Counted from the first letter of the stretch, positions 10,044 through 18,072 are shown. The stretch: DNA of 32,000 nt from Rhodobiaceae bacterium (GCA_028285165.1 JANQQB010000142.1:44678-76677); one strand, 5' to 3'. Numbers and translations are program-made. Notes: generated by a model from the letters alone, not told the origin.

Positions 10044-10715
10044 CTATTGGTTGCCGCCGCGCGTTACCCGTTCGATTTCCTGGCGCACGAGGCGTTCCAC
10101 GATGGTCGGAAGATTGTCGTCGAGCCATATCTTCAGCATCGGCCGAAGCATTTCCTGGACGAGGTCTTCCAGGGTCCGGGCATTTTTCGACAGGATCGTA
10201 TGGGCGAGATTGCCGAAGGCGGACGATACCGCCGCATCGGTTGCCGGCGACAGAAGCGCCTCGGCCAGTTCGGTGGAGTCCGGCAACGCTACAGGTTCGG
10301 ACACTTCCAGTTCGGGGCCGAGTTCCAGCGGTGGTCCGTCGTCGTCGTCGTCGTCGTCTTCTTCTTCTTCGACATCGAAACCCGCGTCTTCGGGTTCTGC
10401 TTCAGCGAAAGAGATGTCGGCTTCTTCCTCGCTGAACCCTTCCACGATCATATCGTCCGAGGTATCGGGCTCCGGCTCCGGCTCGTCCGCTGGGGCCTCC
10501 TCCTCTTCCGGTTCGGTCTCCTCGCTCGCAGTGTCGAACAGCGCGTCGAGATCGTCTTGGTCCATCTCCTCGTCGGAGGCGTCCTCTTCCGGCTCTTCCG
10601 CAGCGGCTTCGATTGGTTTTTCTTCTGGCGCGGCATCCTCATCGGAAATAATCCGGCGAATGGAGGCCAGAATTTCCTCCATCGACGGTTCCTGGGCTTC
10701 TTTTGCCTCGGCCAT
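10044..10715 (-). CDS. popZ: PopZ-like pole-organizing protein (DUF2497)
   Basis: The N-terminal helix EPSMEEILASIRRIISDED and the C-terminal TLEDLVQEMLRPMLKIWLDDNLPTIVERLVRQEIERVTRG closely match my recollection of Caulobacter PopZ. The middle is a long acidic/Pro-rich low-complexity linker. GAGGA Shine-Dalgarno 6 nt upstream of the ATG. Confidence 0.88.
   Translation of the reverse strand: MAEAKEAQEPSMEEILASIRRIISDEDAAPEEKPIEAAAEEPEEDASDEEMDQDDLDALFDTASEETEPEEEEAPADEPEPEPDTSDDMIVEGFSEEEADISFAEAEPEDAGFDVEEEEDDDDDDDGPPLELGPELEVSEPVALPDSTELAEALLSPATDAAVSSAFGNLAHTILSKNARTLEDLVQEMLRPMLKIWLDDNLPTIVERLVRQEIERVTRGGNQ
10338..10370. repeat. Trinucleotide microsatellite (GTC)7(TTC)4 inside popZ
   Basis: Seven uninterrupted GTC units (10338-10358) are followed directly by four TTC units (10359-10370). 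On the coding (-) strand this encodes EEEEDDDDDDD in the PopZ linker. Confidence 0.95.
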
Positions 10716-10751
10716 AGTGTTCCTCGAACGGTGCGACCCGCCAATGCTCGG

Positions 10752-10821
10752 GAATCGCAGGATGATTCGTACTTTGAAACTACTATAGGCAGGTCATCGA
10801 CAATACGGAATCGTCGGATTC
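10752..10821. promoter_or_regulatory. Cluster of four GANTC (CcrM-type methylation) motifs upstream of popZ
   Basis: GAATC 10752-10756, GATTC 10764-10768, GAATC 10808-10812, GATTC 10817-10821. All lie in the lower-GC intergenic region 37-106 nt upstream of the popZ ATG. Confidence 0.4.
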
Positions 10822-10883
10822 ATTATTCACACATTGTCGGGCCGATGTGTCGCCGGGCTTTCCGTTGCGACGCCGGACCGGTC

Positions 10884-12242
10884 TCAGCGACCGTCGGGCG
10901 TTCTAAGACCGATCCACTTGTCCCGAACCTTCTTGTAGTGCTTGTTCGGGTTATGCAGGGCAATGCGGAGGTTGAGCTGCCGGGCGTCGAGCCGTCCGAT
11001 CGACGAAACCAGCGTATAGGCAAACACCAATTGGCTGCGGCGGGCCTGGGCCAGGGTGATCTGCGCATCGATCAGCGTGCTTTGCTGGTCGAGAATGTCG
11101 AGCCGGGTCCGTTGTCCGACCCGCTGTTCCTCGATCACGCCGTCAAGGGCGAGCTCGGCTGCGCGGACCCCGGCTTGAGCGGCCCGGATGGACGCATTCG
11201 CGGCCAGGAGGTTGTTCCACGCCGAAACGACCTCGGCACGAATCTGATCGCGCGCGACATCCACGTTGATGCGTGCCTGGCCAAGCTGTTCTTTGGACTG
11301 GCGCACCTGGGCCGACACGATGCCGCCCTGGTAGATGGGAACCGTCAGTCGGCCAACGACGGATGCAGAATCGACCCGGTCCGACACGCCGGCCACCGGA
11401 TGGAACTGCGTGGAGACATTGCCTTCGACGCTGAGCGTCGGGAGCAGCGCCCCTTCCTGTTCCTTGACGTTGAAGGCCGCGGTGTCGACGTTGTGAAGCG
11501 CCGACATGATATCAGGATGTTCCCGCGCACCCGAAGCCAGGGCAGCCCGAAGCGACTTCGGAAGAAGTCGGTTTATCTTTATGTCGCGCCTTAGTTTTTT
11601 GGCTTCGATGCCGGTTACCTGGAAGAAGACGGCCCTGGCTGCGGCCAGGTTGGCTTCCGATGACAGGACCTGGGAAACGGCGGCCTGGCGGTCAGCCTGA
11701 GCCTGCGAAATATCGGTGCGTGTGCCCTCACCCACTTCGAACCGGTCCTGCGAGGCACGGACCTGTTCGTTGAGGAATTCCAGGTTGTTGCGATTGAGGC
11801 GAAGAATTTCTGTATTCTGAATGACATCCGCAAATGCGGTGACGGCGCTCAGCAGGGTATCCTGCTCGGTGCTGCGCAACGCCTCCTGTTGCGCCCGAAC
11901 GGCGGATTCCGCGCCGCGTGTCGCGTTGATTGTCTGGAATCCGTTGAACAGGTTCTGCTCGACGTTGAGGGACAGCGTGGAGTCGATGCCTGTCTCCGTT
12001 GGGCCGGGCGTGTTGTTTAAGGTGCGTCCTGCGATGTCGGCCGAGCCGAAGACTTGCGGACGGAAGCCGCCGCGCGCGATCGCAACGCCCTCATGGGTCG
12101 ACCGGGTCAGGGCGCGGGCCGCATTCAAGGTCGGATTGTTGGCGTAAGCCGAGGCCAGGGCCTGCGACAGCGATTGTGCGTGAACCGGTTGTGCCGCCAG
12201 GCCCAATCCGACAAGCGCAGCCAGTTTCAGAGCGCCGTTCAT
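10884..12242 (-). CDS. tolC: TolC family outer-membrane channel protein
   Basis: Signal peptide MNGALKLAALVGLGLAAQPVHAQS followed by the TolC-family opening (LSQALASAYANNPTLNAARA) and a two-repeat coiled/beta architecture. The track start is GTG at 12245; the adjacent ATG at 12242 (AGGGA upstream) is equally good. Confidence 0.9.
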   Translation of the reverse strand: MNGALKLAALVGLGLAAQPVHAQSLSQALASAYANNPTLNAARALTRSTHEGVAIARGGFRPQVFGSADIAGRTLNNTPGPTETGIDSTLSLNVEQNLFNGFQTINATRGAESAVRAQQEALRSTEQDTLLSAVTAFADVIQNTEILRLNRNNLEFLNEQVRASQDRFEVGEGTRTDISQAQADRQAAVSQVLSSEANLAAARAVFFQVTGIEAKKLRRDIKINRLLPKSLRAALASGAREHPDIMSALHNVDTAAFNVKEQEGALLPTLSVEGNVSTQFHPVAGVSDRVDSASVVGRLTVPIYQGGIVSAQVRQSKEQLGQARINVDVARDQIRAEVVSAWNNLLAANASIRAAQAGVRAAELALDGVIEEQRVGQRTRLDILDQQSTLIDAQITLAQARRSQLVFAYTLVSSIGRLDARQLNLRIALHNPNKHYKKVRDKWIGLRTPDGR

Positions 12243-12413
12243 CACGTCCCTGTTTCCCGATTTAGCGCACCCATCTTGTCCCCCTTACGCGCACCCTGCG
12301 GATCGTATGAACAAAGCAATATGGTTAACAAAATACAAACCCGTTTCCGCCACGCGCCATTAGACACTGAACTGATGAATTGTTCGTCAGGATCGACGAC
12401 AGGATTTTATCGA

Positions 12414-13085
12414 TCAGTCGTCGAATACAAAAGCAGGTGCCGGCGCAAATCCAGGCAAAAGAGGCGATGCGGCGTTAAACACGAGTCTTTTTCCAAGAGT
12501 GTTGCCTGATTTCGTCACTACCGCGGCATTTGCGCTGCGCCCGTTGCCGTCGACATGCACAATCCGCCCGCCGTCGCGCAATTGCCCACATATCGATTCG
12601 GGAACGATTTCGGCGGCTCCGTCAAAGACGATGACGTCATAAGGGCCCTGGGCCTTGCACCCTTCGGTCAACGGGCCCTCGAACACGTCGGCGTTTTCGA
12701 CTTCGAGTTCGGTCATCAACTCGCTGGCGCGGGCGGCCAGGCCCGCATCCTCCTCGACGCCAACCACAGCGCTTGCAAGGCGCGCCAAGACGGCCAGCGC
12801 GTAGCCGCTGGTGCATCCGACGACCAGAACAAAGTCGTCCGGATCGATCTCCGCCGCCTGGATCAGCTTTGCAAAGACCATGGGTTTCTGCAGGTATCGG
12901 CCCGGTGCGGTCGCGGCGGAAAACGGAATGTCGCCGTCCGAATAGGCGATGGCACGCTGCGATGGATCGACGAACATGTCGCGCGGAACCGCCGACATGG
13001 CATCCAAGATCCGATGATTGGTCACCGCATTGGTGCGCAATTGATTGTCGACCATCTTAAGTCTGATGTCGGCAAAATCCTGCAT
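12414..13085 (-). CDS. pcm: Protein-L-isoaspartate O-methyltransferase
   Basis: 223 aa with an N-terminus typical of the family (MVDNQLRTNAVTNHRILDAMSAVPRDMFV) and a SAM-binding glycine motif (VLVVGCTSGY). Confidence 0.88.
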   Translation of the reverse strand: MQDFADIRLKMVDNQLRTNAVTNHRILDAMSAVPRDMFVDPSQRAIAYSDGDIPFSAATAPGRYLQKPMVFAKLIQAAEIDPDDFVLVVGCTSGYALAVLARLASAVVGVEEDAGLAARASELMTELEVENADVFEGPLTEGCKAQGPYDVIVFDGAAEIVPESICGQLRDGGRIVHVDGNGRSANAAVVTKSGNTLGKRLVFNAASPLLPGFAPAPAFVFDD

Positions 13086-13181
13086 TCGAATTCTCGTGGT
13101 TTCCCGGCCCGTCTACCGGGCTCTCAGAGAGGCGTGCGGCGGTTTCCGGTGGCGGCATCGGCCGCTCGGAAGATTGTGCGA

Positions 13182-13211
13182 GTTATATCCGATGGACGTC
13201 TTGAAGTGCAA
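13182..13211 (-). promoter_or_regulatory. Candidate sigma70-type promoter for pcm
   Basis: On the - strand: TTGCAC-N18-TATAAC (+ strand gtgcaa 13206-13211, gttata 13182-13187), about 95 nt upstream of the pcm ATG. Sequence match only. Confidence 0.25.
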
Positions 13212-13317
13212 TCGGCGAACGCCGGTCGCGCAATCCCCCTGGATGCCGGCGCTCGCCGGGTTGAGAATGTCGATAGAGCCGGTCCTCATGTAAACACCGT
13301 GGCCGGCGCTGTGCCCT

Positions 13318-14259
13318 TTAGCGAGGCGCGGGAACGGCGAATTCAAGGATTTCCGGCAAATTGTCTTCTGTTATGACACCCCCGGCCAGCTTGGCCCGCC
13401 GGTTTTGCAGGAAGACCGTACGCAGGGTGACATAGGTGTCCGGAGAGGCGTACAGGATTTCATCCACAAGATCGGCGTTGCGGGCCCGCATTTCCATCAA
13501 TTCCCCGACGCGAATCCCCGGCGCGATCGCATCGACCGCGCTGAATGTTCCCATATCGGTGAAAAACGTGATGTATGAGATCGGGTTAAGGGCCACGTCG
13601 ACGATGCGGCCGATCGAGGCGCGCGTCGTGGTCGGTCCGATAAGCGGGGCCTCAAAGTAGATGCCCTCGCCGACGCCCCAACGACCAAGCGTTACGCCGA
13701 AATCGGTCGGCCGGTATTGCAGTTCGCGGCGTTTGGAGGCCGGATCGGCCAATCCGCCGAACCCGATCATGAAGTTCACGAATGTGCGTTCCAGCGATTG
13801 GCCGGCCTGACGCACATTGCCCTGCAGAAGGTAGTTCGCAATTTGCGTCGGCATGCGCAATTGCCGGAAGCCGTTGCGTACCGCGTTGCGCACCGGGCGC
13901 GGCAACGCCGTGTTGTAGACTGCGGAAAAGGGCCGCATGACCACGAAGTCGATGCTGCGGTTCAATTGGTGAAAACCGCGTCCCAACGGTTCAAGCGGAT
14001 CGCTCACACCCAGACCGTCATCGAAGGCATCGCCGCCTTCGGTATTGGCATCCGGCGCCAGCGCATGCCAGTTTGTCCGGGTCGTCGGTTTGGCTGCCGG
14101 CAGAATGTTCGGAGCGGACCCGGTTGCGGCCTGAACAGGTCCGGTGCGGGAAAGCGCCAATTCGCCCGACGGGAGCGAACTGCAACCGGCGAGACAAGCG
14201 GCCAAGAGACATACGACGAGACCTGTGGCCGGGCGTGTCTTCGCACTCGCAATTCCCAC
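13318..14259 (-). CDS. mlaA: MlaA/VacJ family outer-membrane lipoprotein
   Basis: MlaA-family core (DPLEPLGRGFHQLNRSIDFVVMRP ... NFMIGFGGLADPASK ... DFGVTLGRWGVGEGIYFEAPLIGP). I re-called the start to the GTG at 14257-14259, which gives MGIASAKTRPATGLVVCLLAACLAGCSS: a canonical lipoprotein signal peptide plus lipobox LAGC, with GAGGA 6 nt upstream. The track ATG (14364) would put 44 residues ahead of the hydrophobic core. Confidence 0.85.
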   Translation of the reverse strand: MGIASAKTRPATGLVVCLLAACLAGCSSLPSGELALSRTGPVQAATGSAPNILPAAKPTTRTNWHALAPDANTEGGDAFDDGLGVSDPLEPLGRGFHQLNRSIDFVVMRPFSAVYNTALPRPVRNAVRNGFRQLRMPTQIANYLLQGNVRQAGQSLERTFVNFMIGFGGLADPASKRRELQYRPTDFGVTLGRWGVGEGIYFEAPLIGPTTTRASIGRIVDVALNPISYITFFTDMGTFSAVDAIAPGIRVGELMEMRARNADLVDEILYASPDTYVTLRTVFLQNRRAKLAGGVITEDNLPEILEFAVPAPR

Positions 14260-14428
14260 AGCAGATCCTCTCTCATGCTGAAGGGGTCGGCCTGTCCGGC
14301 TGCCCCAAGCCCCCGAAGGTGTGTCAATGGTCCGCGTTACTTTCTTGCCGACAAACATAGTCATGGGCCGGCAATACTAACCGGTAGAACAAAGAATTGA
14401 TTCGTCGACAAAATCTACGGTGCGTTCC

Positions 14429-14458
14429 TTGCTTTTGACGAAGTACCAAGCCTATATC
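14429..14458 (+). promoter_or_regulatory. Candidate sigma70-type promoter for hpnN
   Basis: TTGCTT (14429-14434)-N18-TATATC (14453-14458), about 55 nt upstream of the hpnN ATG. Sequence match only. Confidence 0.22.
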
Positions 14459-14511
14459 GGCCGGTCAACGCGCGCGGTATTCACATTTCACGTCTGGCCA
14501 AATTCGCTATC

Positions 14512-17133
14512 ATGATTATCGAAAAGTGTGTCGTTTCGGTCATAGAGCGCATCAAGAAGGCCCCGCGTGCGACACTTCTTGCCTGCCTGTTACTGTGTCT
14601 GCTCTCTGTTCTCGCCGCGGTTTCGTATCTTCGAGTGAACACCGATTCGAGCGAGATGCTGTCGAATCGGCTGGACTTCCAGATCCGGACCAAGGGCTTG
14701 AACGCCGCCTTTCCCGGCATCAAGAACAGCATTGTCGTTATCGTACGGACGGGCACGCCGGATGCGACCGCCGATGTTGCCCGCCGGCTCGTGGACCGAC
14801 TTGCGTCGGAAACGCGGTCCGTGGATGCGGTGTTCTCAAGTGCCAGTGATCCGTTTTTCCTGACCAACGGTCTGTTGTACCGCGACGTCGAGGAGTTGGA
14901 GCGCGATCTAGAAGCGATCAACAATGCCGCGTCGTTCCTGGCTGAACTGCGCGACAGCCGGACATTCGATACGCTGGCGCTGTCGCTTCAGGAAGCGCTG
15001 GTTCTGGCCGACAAGGCCGAGTTCGACCGCGAGTTCCTTGAGCGCTTCTTTCATGCGCTCGCCACTGTCATTTCGGCCAGATTGGACGGCACACCGCAGA
15101 CCTTTTCCTGGCTCGATGCCATGGCCGCGGAACCGGACGTAGCCGATCGCCAGACAATACTGTTCGTGACCCCGAAGCTGGATTTCGCTTCGATTTCACC
15201 GGCCCGGGAAGCACGTCGGGCGGTCGAATCCGCGATTGCGGATGTTCGCGAAGCGGTGACGTTTCCCGTCGAGATCGACATAACCGGCGATCCGATTCTG
15301 CGCGGGGACGAATTGCGCAGCGTGGCAGCCGGTATCGAAATCTCGCTCGCCTTGTCGCTTGTGGCCACTTTCCTCTTGCTCATACTCGCCTACCGGTCGC
15401 TGGCCAGGGCCCTCGTCACCATGACCGGGCTTGTTGTCACACTGATCCTGACGACCGGATTCGCGGCCCTCGCCGTCGGTGCCCTCAATCTGGTTTCCAT
15501 CGCCTTTTGCGTCCTGTTGATCGGGCTGGGTCTCGACTTTTCCATCCATGTGCTTGCCCATATCGAGGAAAAGGCGCGGCTTGGCGGCGACACCGCGCAT
15601 GCGCTTACCGATACGGCCCGGTCGATCGGTACGCCGTTGCTGCTCAGCGCCGTCACCACGGCGCTTGCCTTTTTTGCGTTCATTCCGACCGACTTTACCG
15701 GCATGAGCCAACTCGGCATGATCGGCGGAGCCGGTGTGCTTATTGCTTTCATGGTGAGTATCACGGTCATTCCCGCGCTCATCACCTTGCTGCCACGGGT
15801 GGCCAGCCAGCGTTTGTGGGCCGACCACGAGGTGCATACCGGCCTTTTGAAGGGATCGGCGGACGGTGCGTCGGGCGGGACGGGCTGGCGTCATCGTACG
15901 GCGGCCGTTGTCATTCTTTTGTGTGTCGGTCTGGCGGCGCTGTTTGTGCCGCAAGCGCGATTCGACGCCGATCCCATGGGGTTGCGGTCGCCGGACAGTC
16001 CTTCCGTCAAAGCGCTTGTGCCGCTTTATGCCGATCCCGACAACGCCCCCTACCGCATGAGCACGGTGGTTGCCGACCGCGAAGCGGCGGTGGCACTTGC
16101 GGAACGGCTGGAAACGCTGGCGCCGGTCCACAAGGCCATCTCGCTGGATTCCTTCGTCCCGGAGGACCAGGATCTGAAGCTTCAGATCATCGAGATATCC
16201 TACCCCTCCTTTATTCATATCGTAGAGGGAGAAGGGCTCGATCTTGCCGAGCCCGAGCCAGGTGTGACGCCGGTGGCTGGGCTTATCAACGCCCTGGCAA
16301 CACAACAGAATTCGCCTGGTTCGGACGCTTTGCGGGGGGCGCTTGAACGTCTGCCGGCGGATCCCGGAGCGGATGGCACAAGCGCCGGTCTCGAACGCGA
16401 CATCTTCATCCACTTTCAACCGCTGATCGACCGGTTCCGATTGCAGCTCGACATTGACACCGTGACGCTCGAACGGGTCCCCGGCCCGCTCGTCGACCGG
16501 TTCCGGGACGATGCGGGAGGTTGGCGGGTCGAGGCGCTGCCGACCGGCGACATCCGCCAACCGGCAGTTCTGGACGCCTTTGTCGATGCAGTGCTCGGCG
16601 TGTCATCGGAAGCGGCCGGCGCGCCGCTTCAGATCATGCGGGCCGGAGAGGTCGTCGCGGAAGCCATGCTGCAGGCGACCTTCAGTGCGTTCCTCATGGT
16701 CGGCATCCTGTGCTTCATCATTCTGCGATCTCCGGTCATGGTCTTTGCCGTTCTGCTGCCGCTGTTCGCTGCGGCCACGCTCACGCTTGGCGGCAGCGTC
16801 CTGCTCGGCATCCCGTTCAATTATGCCAACATCATCGTCCTGCCGCTTTTGATCGGAATCGGCGTCGACAGCGGCATTCACCTTGCCATGCGCCGGCGGT
16901 CCCTCACCCAGTCGGCCGACCTTTATCGGACGAGCACGCCGCGGGCCGTGCTGTTCAGCGCGCTCACCACGATCGCAGCCTTTGCGAGCCTCGGCCTGTC
17001 CGACCACCGCGGCACGGCGAGCATGGGACACCTCCTGACACTGGCCATCGGCTGCACGCTGATCTGCACGATCGTCTTGACTCCGATACTGCTTGATCTG
17101 TTTTATCGGAAGCGCACGCGGGTGGAGGCCTGA
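14512..17133 (+). CDS. hpnN: Hopanoid-associated RND/MMPL-type transporter HpnN
   Basis: 873 aa with two pseudo-repeats, each a large periplasmic loop followed by a 5-6 TM bundle (sterol-sensing-like). Its length and position inside an hpn cluster match the HpnN family. Confidence 0.88.
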   Translation: MIIEKCVVSVIERIKKAPRATLLACLLLCLLSVLAAVSYLRVNTDSSEMLSNRLDFQIRTKGLNAAFPGIKNSIVVIVRTGTPDATADVARRLVDRLASETRSVDAVFSSASDPFFLTNGLLYRDVEELERDLEAINNAASFLAELRDSRTFDTLALSLQEALVLADKAEFDREFLERFFHALATVISARLDGTPQTFSWLDAMAAEPDVADRQTILFVTPKLDFASISPAREARRAVESAIADVREAVTFPVEIDITGDPILRGDELRSVAAGIEISLALSLVATFLLLILAYRSLARALVTMTGLVVTLILTTGFAALAVGALNLVSIAFCVLLIGLGLDFSIHVLAHIEEKARLGGDTAHALTDTARSIGTPLLLSAVTTALAFFAFIPTDFTGMSQLGMIGGAGVLIAFMVSITVIPALITLLPRVASQRLWADHEVHTGLLKGSADGASGGTGWRHRTAAVVILLCVGLAALFVPQARFDADPMGLRSPDSPSVKALVPLYADPDNAPYRMSTVVADREAAVALAERLETLAPVHKAISLDSFVPEDQDLKLQIIEISYPSFIHIVEGEGLDLAEPEPGVTPVAGLINALATQQNSPGSDALRGALERLPADPGADGTSAGLERDIFIHFQPLIDRFRLQLDIDTVTLERVPGPLVDRFRDDAGGWRVEALPTGDIRQPAVLDAFVDAVLGVSSEAAGAPLQIMRAGEVVAEAMLQATFSAFLMVGILCFIILRSPVMVFAVLLPLFAAATLTLGGSVLLGIPFNYANIIVLPLLIGIGVDSGIHLAMRRRSLTQSADLYRTSTPRAVLFSALTTIAAFASLGLSDHRGTASMGHLLTLAIGCTLICTIVLTPILLDLFYRKRTRVEA

Positions 17134-17293
17134 GGGTGCCGGCGTTTGGCATTTGCGTTGTGAGACCACATATCACCTTCTATGCGCCGACAGTCCGTGG
17201 GGACGCACGGCCTGACCGACAGGGTCAAAGCCGGAACCGGATCCGCAGGCACGAAATCAGTCACACGGGACATTGCAAAAGACGAGGCCAGGA

Positions 17294-17932
17294 ATGATTG
17301 CTGCACACACCCCGACCCGCTGGTTCGATTCGTCGCTGAAAAGAGCTTTCATTGCAGCGCTCGCGCTGCTTGGCGCCATGGCATTGCAGCCCGACCGGGC
17401 GCTTGCCCAATCGGCCGCGGAAAAGTCGGCAATGAAGACGGCGGGCGTGCTTGTCGACAAGGCGCATGGCGCGCTGGCGAATTCCGGCTTGTCGGAAGGC
17501 CAAAAATTCTCGCGTTTGCAATCGGCCGTGAAGCGCACTTTCGCTTTCTCGGTCTGGGAGGAATTCCTGCTCGGCAAGAATGCCGAAAAATTCAACAGCA
17601 AACAGCGCTCCACGTTTCGAAAGCTGTTGCCCCAATATCTGGCCAAACTTTACATGAACCAGTTTGGCCGCGGCCTGCGGAACAAACCGGAAATCGTCAG
17701 CGCCAAGACCGTGCGCAGTGACGTTCTGGTGCGGGCGCGCATTCCGCGCGCGAACGGGGGCCGCCTGCCCGTGGACTGGCGGTTAAGGCGCGTCGGCGGC
17801 GGCTATCGTGTCATCGATTTCATGGTCGGTGGAACGAGTTTCCTGGTTCTGAAACGCGCCGAATTCAATTCCGTGATTCGTCGTTCCGGACCCGATGCGC
17901 TGAACGCTTTCTTGCAGAACTTTATCGCCTGA
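17294..17932 (+). CDS. hpnM: MlaC/Ttg2D-family periplasmic lipid-binding protein (HpnM family)
   Basis: Signal peptide (KRAFIAALALLGAMALQPDRALAQS). MlaC/toluene-tolerance fold signature (FAFSVWEEFLLGKNAEKFNSKQRSTFRKLLPQYLAKLYMNQF ... YRVIDFMVGGTSFLV). The track start at 17273 is a TTG; the ATG at 17294 has GAGG 7 nt upstream. Confidence 0.8.
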   Translation: MIAAHTPTRWFDSSLKRAFIAALALLGAMALQPDRALAQSAAEKSAMKTAGVLVDKAHGALANSGLSEGQKFSRLQSAVKRTFAFSVWEEFLLGKNAEKFNSKQRSTFRKLLPQYLAKLYMNQFGRGLRNKPEIVSAKTVRSDVLVRARIPRANGGRLPVDWRLRRVGGGYRVIDFMVGGTSFLVLKRAEFNSVIRRSGPDALNAFLQNFIA

Positions 17933-18072
17933 CGACCGTCGTCTCGGACCACATACCCGGCTTGCTGTCACACAAACCCGGAAAAGGTGAGTTGTCACAC
18001 GGGTTTGGCGCGCTACTATGACGCAATGGCGGTGCCATCCGCCATCGGGAAGGCGGATTACGACGGGCATCA

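Noticed and set aside
8587-11594. Very long + strand ORFs antisense to valS, popZ and tolC (8587-9975, 462 aa; 9945-11594, 549 aa; 9988-10788, 266 aa, Ser-rich).
   Set aside because: They lie opposite genes with unmistakable protein signatures. Their translations are Arg/Gly/Pro/Ser-rich low-complexity sequence with no family resemblance. Stop codons are rare on the antisense strand of high-GC genes. The poly-Ser run is simply the complement of the popZ acidic repeat.
13086-13317. 232-bp mlaA-pcm spacer inspected for a structured ncRNA or riboswitch.
   Set aside because: It contains only short, unconnected stems (e.g. CCCGG/CCGGG at 13103-13120) and does not match any RNA family I can recognise by eye. 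A covariance-model scan (Rfam/Infernal) would be needed to say more.
15196-16560. 454-aa - strand ORF inside hpnN. Similar shadow ORFs occur at 18989-20242 (opposite hpnH/ispH), 5075-6607 (alternate frame of the MFS gene), 26212-27192 and 27042-28325 (opposite hpnB and the LysR gene), and 21625-22608 (alternate frame of shc).
   Set aside because: Same reasoning as above: Arg-rich nonsense translations overlapping confidently assigned genes, which is a high-GC frame artefact.
17147-17161. Sigma54-like TGGCAT-N5-TTGT between hpnN and hpnM.
   Set aside because: The essential -12 GC dinucleotide is GT here. Matches this weak are expected by chance.
17317-17327. GGTTCGATTCG, resembling a tRNA T-loop.
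   Set aside because: The flanking bases cannot form a T-stem or acceptor stem (GCTGG versus CGTCG), and the site lies inside the hpnM coding frame. I found no tRNA-like cloverleaf anywhere in the window.
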